From Bigelowiella natans CCMP2755 (lineage: Eukaryota; Protista; Cercozoa), in assembly GCA_000320545.1 (NCBI GenBank), contig ADNK01000415.1, forward strand, positions 10,414 through 74,413: DNA of 64,000 bases. Reading direction: 5' to 3'. Shown here in pieces: positions 25,698 through 38,878 of the stretch. A model generated the notes under the pieces. It did not search any database, had not been told where the DNA came from, and saw only the letters and a list, made by a program, of their open reading frames with translations. Position 1 is the stretch's first letter. Each line of letters opens with the position of its first letter. The translations under genes and the position numbers were made by a program.

Positions 25698-28171
25698 ATG
25701 TCTATGCCAACGAAAGCACACTGGTCTTTGGAAGCCTGGAGGAGCCTGCCTGCTAGGCACCAGCCAGTCTACAAGGACAAGAAGGAATTGGAGCGTGTGC
25801 GCTCAACTTTGGAGGGACTTCCTGGTCTCGTTTCCTTTGCTGAAGTCTCGGCGCTACGCTCGAAGTTGGAGATGGTGTATGAAGGCAAATGCTTCTACCT
25901 TCAAGGGGGTCATTGTGCTGAGACCTTTAACCACTGCAACAAGGAGTCCATTCAGCCCATGCTCGATGTGATGAACATTATGAAGAAGGTGAGAATTAGA
26001 TGGAAAGATAAGATTAAAAGAAATTATCACCTGATTGTCGTTCATATTTTCAGGTCATCTCCGAGTATACGGACATGCCAGTTGTGACTCTTGGACGCAT
26101 GGCTGGACAATATGCAAAGCCTCGTTCCAGCCCAACTGAGACTGTGAAAGGGGTTGTGATGGATTCATACAAGGGGGATATCATCAACTGTAATCAAGCT
26201 GATGCCAAGGGACGGATTCCAGATCCAAACCGTATGATCCAAGGATACTTCCGCTCGGCAGCTTGCTTGAATTTCATTCGCAGTTCTACTCATGTGAACA
26301 ACCGCGTAAGCGGGGACATGCTTCAACGAGTGCGAATGATCTTGGGTTCAGGTGCAGTTCGATCTTGCTTTCATCCTGGTATGGTTGGTTTTGGGGATGA
26401 TCTTAAGTTTAAGCATCTGTACAATGAGATGCCAAAGATTGAGAAAGACCAATCAAAGCTCGCTCCCGGTGAGAACTTTTTCATTTCCCATGAAGGACTA
26501 CTTCTCGATTACGAGGACAGTCTTACTCGATGTGAGACAAAATCTGATGATGACGATGCTGCGAAGACTTGGTACAATGCCTCTACTCATATGCTGTGGA
26601 TTGGTCACCGTACCCGTGGTCTTGAAGATGCTCATGTTGAATATTTCCGTGGACTCTACAACCCGGTCGGTGTGAAGGTTGGCCCAGGCACCACCCCAGA
26701 GGTGCTTGTGAAGTTGATCAACAGACTCAATCCGAAAAATGAAGCTGGGAAGATCGTCTTAATTACTCGTTTTGGTGCTGAAAAAGTTCTGAAAGATCTC
26801 CCAAGTCTGGTTCAAGCCGTAAAGGATGCTGGATTAAAAGTTATTTGGACCTGTGACCCTATGCATGGGAACACTTACAAAACCAACACTGGTTTCAAAA
26901 CCCGTGATTTTAACAATATTGTAAAGGAAATTATAAACACCGTCGGTATCCATAAAAAAATTGGAACCCGTCTTAATGGTCTTCACCTAGAAATGTGCGG
27001 AGAAGACGTCACTGAATGCGTTGGTGGCCCTGAGAAGTTAGGAGAAACTGACCTTTCACGCTGCTTCACCTCCGCTTGTGATCCACGTCTGAACTTCGAA
27101 CAAAGCGTCGCAGTTGCGTTTGCTGTTGGAAATGCTTTAAGAGCACCTGAAGCCAAAAAAACTATGTCACTTCCACAAGTCCCGTCTGTACAGTATGGTT
27201 CCGTCCCCGGTATGACGAAGCCAGTCTCAAGACTTATCTTTGGAACTCTGTTCCTGTCAAAAGTCTCTCAACCATTTAAACTTCTGGATTCTATCTGGAG
27301 CAAAGGTGTCAATGCTTTTGACACTGCAGCAATCTACGGTGAACCTGAAGGCAGTTGCGAGAAGATACTCGGTGACTGGATCAAATCTCGCAATGTAAAT
27401 AAAGAACAGCTTGTTCTCATCACTAAAGGTGGTTGCAGTGGCGCGGAGTCTAAATGGGCTGCTCGGACGAGCAAAGCTCAAATTTTGAAGGACATCGAAG
27501 GCTCTTTGGGACGTCTTGGTGTAGACACCATTGACATCTATCTCCTTCACCGTGATGACCCTTCAATTACTGTGCCAGAAATCGTTGATACCATGAACGA
27601 ACTCATTAAAAAAAAGAAAATCCTGAGTTGGGGTGTTTCTAACTGGAGTCTTGACCGCTTCAAAGCAGCTGTCGACTATGCTAAATCCAAAGATCTGGTT
27701 GGCCCCGTTGTAGATTCTCCACAAGCAAGTCTTGCGAAACCTGCGGGTCCTGTATGGCCTGGCACAACCCACATGAATGCGGAACGGGAGAAGTACTACA
27801 CTACCAAAAAAGATGATGTATCTGTTTTTGCATGGGAAGCCCTCGCCAAAGGTTTCATGACTGGGAAGTGGAACCAGAATGACCTTGACTCTGTTGAAGA
27901 CAAACCATATCGCGAGAAGACACTAATTAAGGCTTATTGTACTGGCAGCAACTTTAAGCGTCGCCAGCGCGCCGAATTTCTTGCAAAGGAGAAGGGTGTC
28001 CCACTTCACTGTATCGCCCTTGCATACCTCTTGAATCTCCAGTGTGAGATGTTTGTACTTGTTGGTACCAGCAAACTTAATCATTTCAATTCCAACGTGG
28101 GTATGTTTGACGTCACTCTTTCAACTAAAGAATGCAAATGGTTGAACGAAGGAGGCGAACTTCAAGCATAA
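25698..28171 (+). CDS. Class II DAHP synthase fused to a C-terminal aldo-keto reductase (802 aa)
   Basis: Exon 1 25698-25988, 65-nt GT-AG intron 25989-26053, exon 2 26054-28171 in frame. DAHPS II motifs: WRSLPARHQP, QGGHCAE, GRMAGQYAKPRS, SHEGLLLDYE, LWIGHRTR, NPVGVKVGP, CDPMHGNT, HLE..GEDVTECVGG, CDPRLN. AKR motifs from ~27190: PVSRLIFGT, FDTAAIYG, ITKGG, IDIYLLHRDDP, WGVSNWS. Confidence 0.95.
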
Positions 28172-28636
28172 AAAACCAAGATTTGGATTCGATATGCATG
28201 AAGATGGGTTTTCTAAATTATTTCGATTTGTAGAACATTGATACAGCATCCTGTGTCCATTCTGCATTATCTGCAGCTTACCGCCATGCTAGCATGCCCA
28301 CGGAGCGAAGCATCATGATCCACGTGCACGTATCTAGATATTTCATGCATCGCACAAGCTAGATAATTCATCATGTCTAGCTAGCTAGATGTACGTAGCA
28401 GCGCGCTAGCTAGCTGCTAGCGCGTGCAATATCACAGCTAGCAGACAGCGGCAAATGACTACTATCAGATGCAAAGCTAGATTTAGCTATAGGACATGTA
28501 GCGGCTGCACATCTAGCTAGACATGTTCTAGATGTTCCTTGCATCACATCATGTTGCATTGTTGGCGCACTAACACAACAATGCGAGTGCTGCATGAGTG
28601 TCGCGGGGCTGCCTAGCTGGTCATAGACTGTCTATA

Positions 28637-28675
28637 TATGAGACGGATGTAATGAAGAATTAAATTTTTTCAATG
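28637..28675 (+). mobile_element. Solo copy of the GAGACGGATGTAA terminal repeat
   Basis: tatgagacggatgtaatgaagaattaaattttttcaat aligns with both ends of the 20758-21369 element. Confidence 0.7.
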
Positions 28676-28809
28676 GACACCTGATGTAGCTGTCTATATA
28701 TAGCTGCTCGTCTCGACGACGACGCGACTTCAGATATGTGCTAGCTAGCTAGCTTATTGCATGCTAATTTACTGACATTAACAATGTCTAAAATGTACGA
28801 TGCAGTTGC

Positions 28810-30057
28810 TCAAAAGCCACAGTTTATCTCAGAATGTGAAATAAATCCCTGAAGTCCATCAGATTTTGCGATCTCTACTGCCTCCTGTGCAGGATTTTTC
28901 CTCTTTTGCATACGACTGTATGTTAAATGCATAGATGCAATGAATGGGTCACTCCAGCTGATCAGATTGAACAACTATTAGTAACTCACTGAAAGAGCGG
29001 ATCTAAAAGATGCTCCTCGTTTAGTCCCCGGGACTCGAGGCCCTTTCTTAGAGATAGAATTTTCATTTTTTTTGCTCGTTGTTTTGGAAACCACACATAC
29101 ATCACATCTACGCATGATTGTCATCATTCATGAACCTGCATTCTTTGAGAATGCTCTCAACAAAATCAGCGTTAAGAAACGAAGCATCCTCGCGCAGCAT
29201 ACCGAGCCCCTACAAAGACGAATAACCAATAGCCGTTATATTCCTATTTGGAAAGTACGATATTGTATGTAGTACCACATTCTCTGCATCCATTGTGGTG
29301 TTCTGGAAATCTCCCCACACCTGCAATGCACACACACACACACAAATGCATCGCGGTCATCCACACGATGCATTGACTACTAGCACCCAGGGATCTAAAA
29401 ATTCATTCATGATACCCCTAATCGAATGAATGCTTTCTCCGATTACGCAGAGGGTAACTACCTCATCGAATGTCATGTTTTCTCCCCCCCCCTCCTCCTG
29501 TATTAGGCTCCAGATTCCCTCTGAGTTCTCCACCTAGTATCACCGGTGGTAGACGAGTTGATCGTTAATTGTCGGCACACATTTTGAAGGAGAATTGATT
29601 TTGCAAAGTGTGGGGGTAGGGGGGGGGGGGGCTGTGTGACTTTCTATGCCTCACAGAAGGGAAAGCATTCAAGAAAAGCTGATGCTTCCAGAAGCTACCA
29701 GATGCATACTTTTCTTCTTGCGACATCAACATATCCAAGTAAATCACCATCATCATAAACGTCAAAAGCTAACGAGAAATGCTGTCATCAACGTGGTCAT
29801 CCTGCCTCGCAAAGAGGTTGCTGCACGACTGCTGCATTCATTCAGGTACGATTACAAACACCAGCATTTACTAAGATCGTGTATTGTTATGGGTAGTAAG
29901 AATCGGTTGACCATTCCAAGGTGAAGTGCAGCAGCGCTCATGTGTTCAGACCTTCGTTCGCATATAACGGAAATATTTGTCATTCAAGATACAAACGTTA
30001 GAGTTTATCTTTTTTTCCTCACACACACACATATGTATCAATATATATATATATCGT

Positions 30058-30094
<37 letters not shown>

Positions 30095-30114
30095 CATATA
30101 TATCACATACACAA

Positions 30115-30172
<58 letters not shown>

Positions 30173-30922
30173 TCTAATCATCGACATTAGATTATCAAGA
30201 CTAATTCGATGATGTTTGATTGCTGATGCTGCTTCTTACCAGGGCTGCTGGCATGCTGCCCGACATTCCACCGTCCCTTGCTTGTTGCGTGGACGTGCCG
30301 AATGCCAAACGTAGTGATCATGGAGAAGGAAGCAATCGTACTCCTGATGGATGTGTGTAAAGCAGGTAGCAAGCAGCAGTAGAGAAAGAAAGAGGGGGCA
30401 CAAGAAGAACATCACAGAATGCCTGACAGCGATGGTGATGAGAAGGATGATGACTTTCCCTTAATTTCGAATCTTCTCCATACGACTTAAAAAAGTGCAT
30501 TGGAAGCCACATTGATGGCAGGTTTCTCTGCTGCTACGTCACGTGTGTTAGCAAGGAGTAGCAGTGGTGGTAGTAGTAGTATCATGGCAAGATGGTCAAT
30601 AATGATGATTGCTGTGCTGGTAGTACCGATCACATGTAAATGGGTTGATTGCTGGTACTACAAATGCTATCATTGCTACTACTAACATTTTTACTATTAC
30701 ATTGTCAAGCCGGGTGGTGCTATTCGATCCGTGCTTTGTCTGAGGAGCATATCACCAATCCCCGTACAATCAAACATCACCACACATGCTGTGCTGTTAT
30801 CCTCTTCCAATATGTTGCCCCCTCGATTCTTAACCCCTTCCTTCAATATGCATGATGCAGGCTGCTGGCTTGCATTACCCATTAAATAAGTACTTAACAA
30901 TCATATTAAAAATATAAATATA

Positions 30923-30973
<51 letters not shown>

Positions 30974-31154
30974 TTCGCAGAGCTCTAAAGGCGGTGAAAG
31001 CGTTGTTCTCTCGCACTGCTAAGCAGCAGTACCTCTTGTTCTGATGCCCACTGCTCGAAGGTTCTGTCCTCAATCTGTCGTCATGCGTGCAGCAGATATT
31101 TCAACAATTACGACGATATCCCACAGCGTAACATGTAGTTTGTACACTTTCCTC

Positions 31155-31200
<46 letters not shown>

Positions 31201-31703
31201 TCTCTTACACAGAGCAAACGCACTCAAAAGAACCGAATATGCCCCCAGAACAAATATGCATGCGGGGTGAAAGCAAGGGCGGTATTTCGAATGTAGTATC
31301 AGTTTTGCAAAACTCTCTTCGTCGGAGAATCCGACTTACCACTTCCAGCTGGCCATCATCGTTTCGAATCCACAGAAAAGGAAAATCCATTATCCTATTA
31401 TTCCACCATGCAGCACACATACAGACGCATCGTAAGCTGTTGCTTCGAGATGCGAACAGCTGGGTGATGAGAAAGCAGAGTATAGATATATCTATATCAT
31501 GGACGGCTGCTGCTGCAATGTTGCGTTTGTATGCTACTTCGCAATGTGGTCTCTGAGACTGGAGATGGGTGTCAGGGGCATTCCATGCCTGCACATTATA
31601 TGACCAGTGAATCATCACACACTTGCTTACAGAAACACGGATGTAGCATAGCGACCACTTTCATCATCATCAATAACAACATCATCAGCATCATTATCAT
31701 CCC

Positions 31704-31737
<34 letters not shown>

Positions 31738-31783
31738 TTGTCACACCTATAGCCCAAGTCTCGCATCAGTCCCTTCAGATTGC

Positions 31784-31829
<46 letters not shown>

Positions 31830-32061
31830 TTATATATGTATAAGAATAACATCAAACTCTATCTCTAGCCTTAATCTTGAATAGAAAACTTCGCATGCAC
31901 AGAAAGTACATAACTCGTATTTATCAGAGAGAATTAATCATATCATCATGAATGCCAGTGCTTAAAAGAACAATTTTCCTCCTCTTCTTTGGTGTCAAAC
32001 TGTCGTAAATTTCGATTTCTTCCCCTACTAGTGAAACGCCTCAAAATTTTTGTATCAAGCG

Positions 32062-32104
<43 letters not shown>

Positions 32105-32499
32105 ATACACATTGTGCATGCTTTCACGGCTCGATACGGGATTTAGAAAGCGACTACACTGTTCCCTAGCAGATGAGTTATACGCGTTTTTTAAACGCCG
32201 TTATTACCTGTCGAGCGCACATGAATGGTGAGATCTCTCCGCCAAGTACCGCCGAATTTCCACATAAAGCCACCACCAACGGGTGCAGCAAATTGACTAT
32301 TTTGTTGTCATCATTGCAAAGCCATTGAATAATAAATAATAATACGACAACGATGATGATGATGAGACTGGCGCTCAGGAGAAAACGAAGGCGGACCTAG
32401 ATTGTTCACTCGAGGAATCTCTTCTTTGCACACGTCCACATGAATCTGGACGATAGTAATTATGATATAAGAAGAAGAAGTAGGAGAAGAGAATCATCG

Positions 32500-32533
<34 letters not shown>

Positions 32534-33630
32534 ATTTCCGGAGGCTTGCCGTGTGAAAACAACAGGTTGCTGTCACAGGGTAAAAGAGGTAGCCCCAACC
32601 ATGCCCCACTCCCCCAAAAGTCGTTTAAAAAAGACTACGAGCATGGGCAGTTCTCGGCAAAACTTAAAACCAGTCAGTTAGTAGCGTCGTGTAGGTGTAG
32701 TTCGGAAAAGCAAAGACACGTGAAATCTCTTTGTTTGTCAGTTTAGTTGTTCGTGTGTGTCGTCATTTTTAAGCGAAACACTCTATTCACTCATGGATGA
32801 TAGCTACCTGATCGCTCGCCGTAACGCACCAGGCCTCCCACACCTTGTACCACCACAGTAATCATTATCATCATCATCATCGACATCACCATCATCACCA
32901 CGCAAATAACAACAACAACAACAACAACAACTAACAACAACGCACAACACTAATAACGACGTATGCATTCCATGCGTAACACAAGCGGTTCTACTATGAT
33001 TTGTTGCATCAGCATCTGCGTGTCTCTATGTAGCTGTTCTTGCCTCCTCTCCCAGCAGATCTCTCATGGTCAGATATCGCGGTCGCGGTGTCATTAATTC
33101 GAGGTCTAATTTGGAGAGAACGTGCAACTATATGATGATTCAAAGCTATGGCGGAAGACACGATGATCGGACGATGCAAACGCAATACCAATCCGTAAAT
33201 AGAGAAGGACAAAACAACAAAATCACGGCGATGTATATGGGTCGATCATCGTCAACTCTTTACTTGGACGCGTTCTTGGCTGCAACCCGGAACCCAAAAC
33301 CTGTGCGGGGGGAGGTTGGAAGGGGGAAGAAGAAGCAATCGGTGTTCTAGCAGCTAGAAGGTCGTCAGCATAAACGGTCGTGGCAAGTTATATTTAGGTC
33401 TTCAGTGACGTGCAAGGTTGGAACTAAGTAAATCACTTCGTATAAATACAAAGGTGATTTCTGTCCTGCAGCTCGATCATATGAGGTGTTTGCGGAGCAA
33501 AGAGTCATCGATATTCTTAGCACTTAGGTGCACATTTTGCCGACAATTGGCAAAATTTTGCAAGCATTGCTACTGCTGCGGCAGTCGATAGCAGCCGTAG
33601 TTGCATTTCAAAGAAGAAGAATAAGAAGAA

Positions 33631-33661
<31 letters not shown>

Positions 33662-34269
33662 AAGAACACCTTCATTCCGAGTCTGGCAGCAGCATGTACG
33701 ACAAAACGCATAGCCTGTTAAGGGGGAAATGGGAGATTCATTCCATATTGTGCAGCACCAAGTAACGATACAAATGCTTCTAGCAATAAACGGTAAACGA
33801 GCAGCGAGTTGCAGCATATAGATCCTACATCCTCGTGTGCGGTTTTGAGTTCGTTCAGGTCGCCAAATGGCCCCGTTATCACCTCCACGGTACCCCACCC
33901 CACTGGTGGTAATAAAAAGAGAACAATTTTGCGGATTTATTTTGGATCAAAGAGTGGGGGGGGGGGAAGGAGGACGAGAAAGGAGAGAAGGGGTTAGATG
34001 CTTGGTCACGTGTCGCGTAGGTTATAGTTTGGAAAAGCAAAGACACAGAATCTCAGTAGTGTTCTCGGCGTTGCTCGATAACCTTCCAGAACGATCTCAA
34101 GCTTCTTATCAGGCGATCTTAATCCAGCCAATTGTTTTTCTGATCCCTGATGCATTTTCAGAATGGTGTTAAGAAACAACCTTTGTCTTTGGAGATAGGG
34201 GAGGAAGGAAGGAGGGAGAGGAAAGGGTAACCAATAGACGACAAGGGAGCTCCTCAAACCTGAACGCGC

Positions 34270-34307
<38 letters not shown>

Positions 34308-34616
34308 TCGACTCAACATATGATTTCACAATGTTCTGTACATACATCAGTACTTGTGTGTGTTTTGGGGATAGCTTGCAATTAAGTATATGGCTCATCC
34401 TCACCACATACATTCATTCATTCATTCATTCATGATGGAGAAAGAAGTGCGTCATAGATACTAATTTACAATGGAATACATCGGTGTGAAATCCTGTAGA
34501 TCCTTCTTGTGAAGTTCTTTCAGTAACAGTCTATCACCAAAGACAGTCAGTGTTATCAGCACACTAGCATGATATGTTGTAGTAGGTGATTGTGTGATGG
34601 TGTGTGTGCGTGTGAT

Positions 34617-34656
<40 letters not shown>

Positions 34657-34943
34657 TACATCATAGTGTACAAAAGATTACTGTTACTACCTAACATCTG
34701 CTGCATTGCCATCAGGCCAAACAACAGGGTATTCAGCCTCACGACCGATCAAACGCTAATTAATAATGTTGATGATGATGATGAACAAGGGCAAGATGTT
34801 TCCGAGGAATTTAAGGACAACATCGTAAGCACCTTTTGAGTCAACTTCTCCACAAAACCTTTCTCGAATCGGCCAATGATTCTATCGACTACCCCCCCCC
34901 CTCCCCGAGCGGCACTCGCAAAACCCCTTCGGAAGAGACTCAT
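28810..34943 (-). CDS. gshA: Glutamate-cysteine ligase, GCS2 family (bacterial type), with putative mitochondrial presequence
   Basis: More than 15 exons: [13 protein letters not shown].., [23 protein letters not shown]|[39 protein letters not shown]|[75 protein letters not shown]. Collinear with GCS2 ligases. Confidence 0.85.
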
Positions 34944-35282
34944 CGAGAAGATATGAAATTTGGTATCCTCATATGAACGGAAACGGCCTACGTTTTTACG
35001 TCATACGAGAGCTAAATCCATGTCGCAAGATTATTTTGTGATCCTTGGTTGTGTATCGGAAACAAATCGGAAAAATATAAAATGAAAACTTGTTGCGTCC
35101 GTGTCGCTGGCAACAATTACAACAAATAATCAGAGAGATATCCATAGTTAGACAGATTATCAAGCAGGATATTACCAAAAAATAGCATCTCTGGGCGAGA
35201 ACGATCCAGCCAGAACCGACCACGTCCCTCCCGGCTGACGGAACCCTTCGAATTGCGGTTGGTTGGACTATTGCCTTTAGAG

Positions 35283-36370
35283 ATGTCTTCTAATGAAGAG
35301 AAGAAGGAGAAAGGGGGGGAGACTCCCAAGGACCAATTCTCAACGAAGTTCGACAAGTTGAAAATCATGCCCTTGACCCCATACCTCAAGTTCTTGCACG
35401 CAGCAATCCGTGATAAAAGTCAAAAAAGAGAGAAATTCGTGTTTTATACCGACCAGCTCCTCCGTCTACTGTGCGAGTTCGCATTTATCGCGGTTCCACA
35501 CACGCCTAAAGTAGTAAAAACGCCGACGGGAGCTGACTTTCAAGGGGTAAGGATTATTCAAACACTGAGTGAGTGAGTGCGTGCGTGCGTGCTGCTGAAA
35601 GCAAATCGGACATCACTAGATAGATAAACCCGCATGTACTTAGAAATATGTCATTATTCAAAGGCAACATATCACTTGTGTGACGCAATTCTTGACGGAT
35701 ATGTCCAACGACTACGTCATCATAAACGCCTCCACTAATTGTTCCGCCAGGTTGCATTCAGCCCGGTTTGCGGTGTTTCAGTGATGAGGTCAGGGGAAGC
35801 TCTCGAAAGTGCACTACGTGCGGTGATGCTCGATTTGAAAATCGGTAAGGTCTTAGTCCAAATGGATCCCGAAACTAAGCAACGTCGACTCCTCTACTCG
35901 AAGCTTCCGAAAGACGTCACCAAGAACTTCGTAATGCTGCTCGACCCTATCCTTGCCTCTGGGAGCACCGCAATTGCCGCTATAAAGCATTTGCTTGAGG
36001 TCTGTTGCTGACATTTACGTGGCACTCACAAGCATATTATAATTAAATCGCTAAAGACTCTTCTTTTCGTCACTCTTCCTTATCATAAGTGCTTGGTGCC
36101 ATTCTCTGCTGTAAGGTGGGCTGCAAAGAGGACCAGATCAGCTTCGTGACAATGATAGCTTGTCCAGAAGGAATCGAAAACATATTCAAAAAGTATCCCA
36201 AGATCACTATCGTGACCTCCATGGTGAGTAATGAAGGCACAACGTTTCCCCTTTGGTTGAGGTTGTTGGTTTGATATTTCTTTCTTTATTAGCTTGACGA
36301 TGGACTAGATCAGAACAAGCTCTTGATTCCAGGGATAGGGGAATTTTCCGACCGTTATTTTGGCACATAA
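35283..36370 (+). CDS. UPRT: Uracil phosphoribosyltransferase
   Basis: Exons 35283-35546, 35751-35999, 36116-36223, 36293-36370. Motifs IRDK..FVFYTDQLLRLL, CGVSVMRSGE, IGKVLVQ, VMLLDPILASG (PRPP loop), IPGIGEFSDRYFGT*. Confidence 0.95.
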
Positions 36371-36994
36371 ATTTCCTCATAAAGTCTGAGGAGCGTTACC
36401 TTCCTGCCCATTTACATTTTATGAGACTCTCTTTAGTCTAGCTAGTACGACATCTATCGGCGTTGTTTTGCAAAGCATTTAGTCACACAGTCAGCCACAG
36501 GTTGATATTTTGATTAGTGCTCCCATTATTATATATGCTGCTGGAAACAATGCTAGAATGATGAAATAGGTTTCATAATTTAGTAATGAATCATAATCAT
36601 GGATGCTACTACCAGTGTCACTGCCGCATGTGCATGCAGCAATAATGACATCTAGACATTACTAGATTAGCGCCGCAGACTGTGACGCGATACGAATAAT
36701 ATATAGCTGTACTGCTCCAGCGGGCAGGCAGTTCATCCCCGGTGACCACTCGTTCAGCAAAATCTACGTCACGAAACATGTAAGCTATTTTTGCCGCTGC
36801 ATCGTGTTCATCGAGCATATTTCATCATGCATGGGCTAGCGCCGCAACCTGCGACTTATACTGTATGCATATAGCTAGATGGGCTAACTGATACATACAC
36901 GTCATAATGAACAACGCGCAGTTATGTCGATTAAAAGTTGTGTCATGAAGGTTATGTATGTTGATAGTCAACGCTTCAATCACGAATTCCTATG

Positions 36995-38514
36995 TTAAAT
37001 ATCAAAGGTTGAAAAATAGTGTATTCGAGCTGGTGTCTCAGTGATAAGGCTAGGCTTCGGTCTCGATGGCTGCTGCTGCTGCTGGTGGTGGTTTATCTTA
37101 GCCGCTTTGCGGGGTGGGCGACGCCGCTGTTTTTTTGGCGACCATAGCTCCCATCCAGGATCTTTCTCACCGCTGTATGCTCCGACGACGGGGGTGAAAG
37201 CTGCACAACGCATACATATGATATTATTTCTAGTGTGTGTGTATATGTGTATGTGTGTACGTGCATCACGAAAGCTCGTATCTCTGTAGCAAGTACATGT
37301 TCTGATGTTTCTTCTTATTCCTAGCAGCAGCAGCAGGAGGAGGGGGGGTGAAGAGGGGTAACGGTAGCCATACCTATGACTTGGGGAGTTGAATGCGCTG
37401 CCGTGGCTGATAGGCCCGCCTTTTGCACGCACTTTTTCTCATTGATCTTTATGACAGTTCCTTTCGATTCTATGAACTTGAGCAGCGTGTAATACAAGCC
37501 GGAAGAGGATGTATCTGTCGAGCGAGAACAACAGACAAATCATGATTAATAGCAGCAGTTCCTTCTGTGAGCGTTCCCAACAACATCAACAACAACTACA
37601 ACAGCAATAACTACAGAGCTGCTTGCGCTGCAGTGCTGCTGGTGCGACAGTGTCCTCGAATTTCCCCTCCCCTCTCTTTTCCGATTCATTTCTATCGTAC
37701 CTGGGGATTCAATGCGATCTGTGACTTCTCTGACGGCCTGTGTGAGCATTACCAAATCAGAACGTTTGTGCGTGTAGAAGAAGGCGTTGGCTTCATAATG
37801 GAAACGGTCAACGTGCTATAGAACATACCCGTGATATCGTGGTCTTGTGAATCAAAACTAGTTTGAGAGCCTATATTGTTTATACCCGACGAATCGTGTT
37901 TTGCACAAACAACCACAGCACGTCAGATTAAGTGAGGAGGAGGAAAGAATGGGAGAGGTGCTAGCGACGACTCACCGCGGACATAGCTCTCACGTTTCGC
38001 CGTTGGGTCCTGCAATAATTGTGATGGTTTTTGGAATAATAAAGGAGAGAAAGTGTGTTCTGCACGCTTCTAGCGCGGCGTATTATATATGTAACACTTT
38101 GAGTACAAACTGAATTCGGTTATCACTTCCAACATACTTAGAAAGCCTCCGGCCATTATGATGGAACGAATTGTTGCGTATCCGCAATAGAGTAGAGTAG
38201 GCCTGCGAAGGAAGAAGGGAGAGATGGACGAGGCGGGGGGCGACAATAAGAGGGAGACCTCAGCATGACGCTTATGATAGCGATAAAGCGACAACGATGA
38301 CGGCAAGAATAAAACAAACCAGCGAGAGAAGAAGAGGAGACCATATCGAAAGGAAAAGAAGAAAGGCCATCACCATTTTGAGGATGTTGTCCTTATATCT
38401 CTTGCCGTCAATCCCTCGATATCTGGGCTCCCACTGGATATTCTCCTCTACCGAATACATGCAACAAGTTTCGAAGAACAGATAGGTCAACAACAAATAC
38501 GCCATTAATGTGAG

Positions 38515-38554
<40 letters not shown>

Positions 38555-38840
38555 CAGAATATATACTCTATATTCTACGTTGGTTGAGCCAACCCCCCCC
38601 CCCCCCCCCCTCCCCGCGACCACCACCACCACCACCACCACCACAACAACAACAATAATAACTACACCACTACTACAGAGTATTATTAGTCATATTAATA
38701 GGTTTCTTATACTAGTACCTAGAATATGCTCTTCATTGAGTGAGATGTTCAATTTGGCCATTTCTGCCTGACACGTCTCAAGGACAACCTATTCATGTTT
38801 GTTGATGTACTATTATCCGGTTTCTTCAAATGATGATATA

Positions 38841-38878
<38 letters not shown>

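Noticed and set aside
25980-26090. Overlapping ORFs 25698-26087 and 26075-28171 looking like a programmed frameshift or split gene
   Set aside because: A canonical 65-nt intron (25989-26053) restores the frame.
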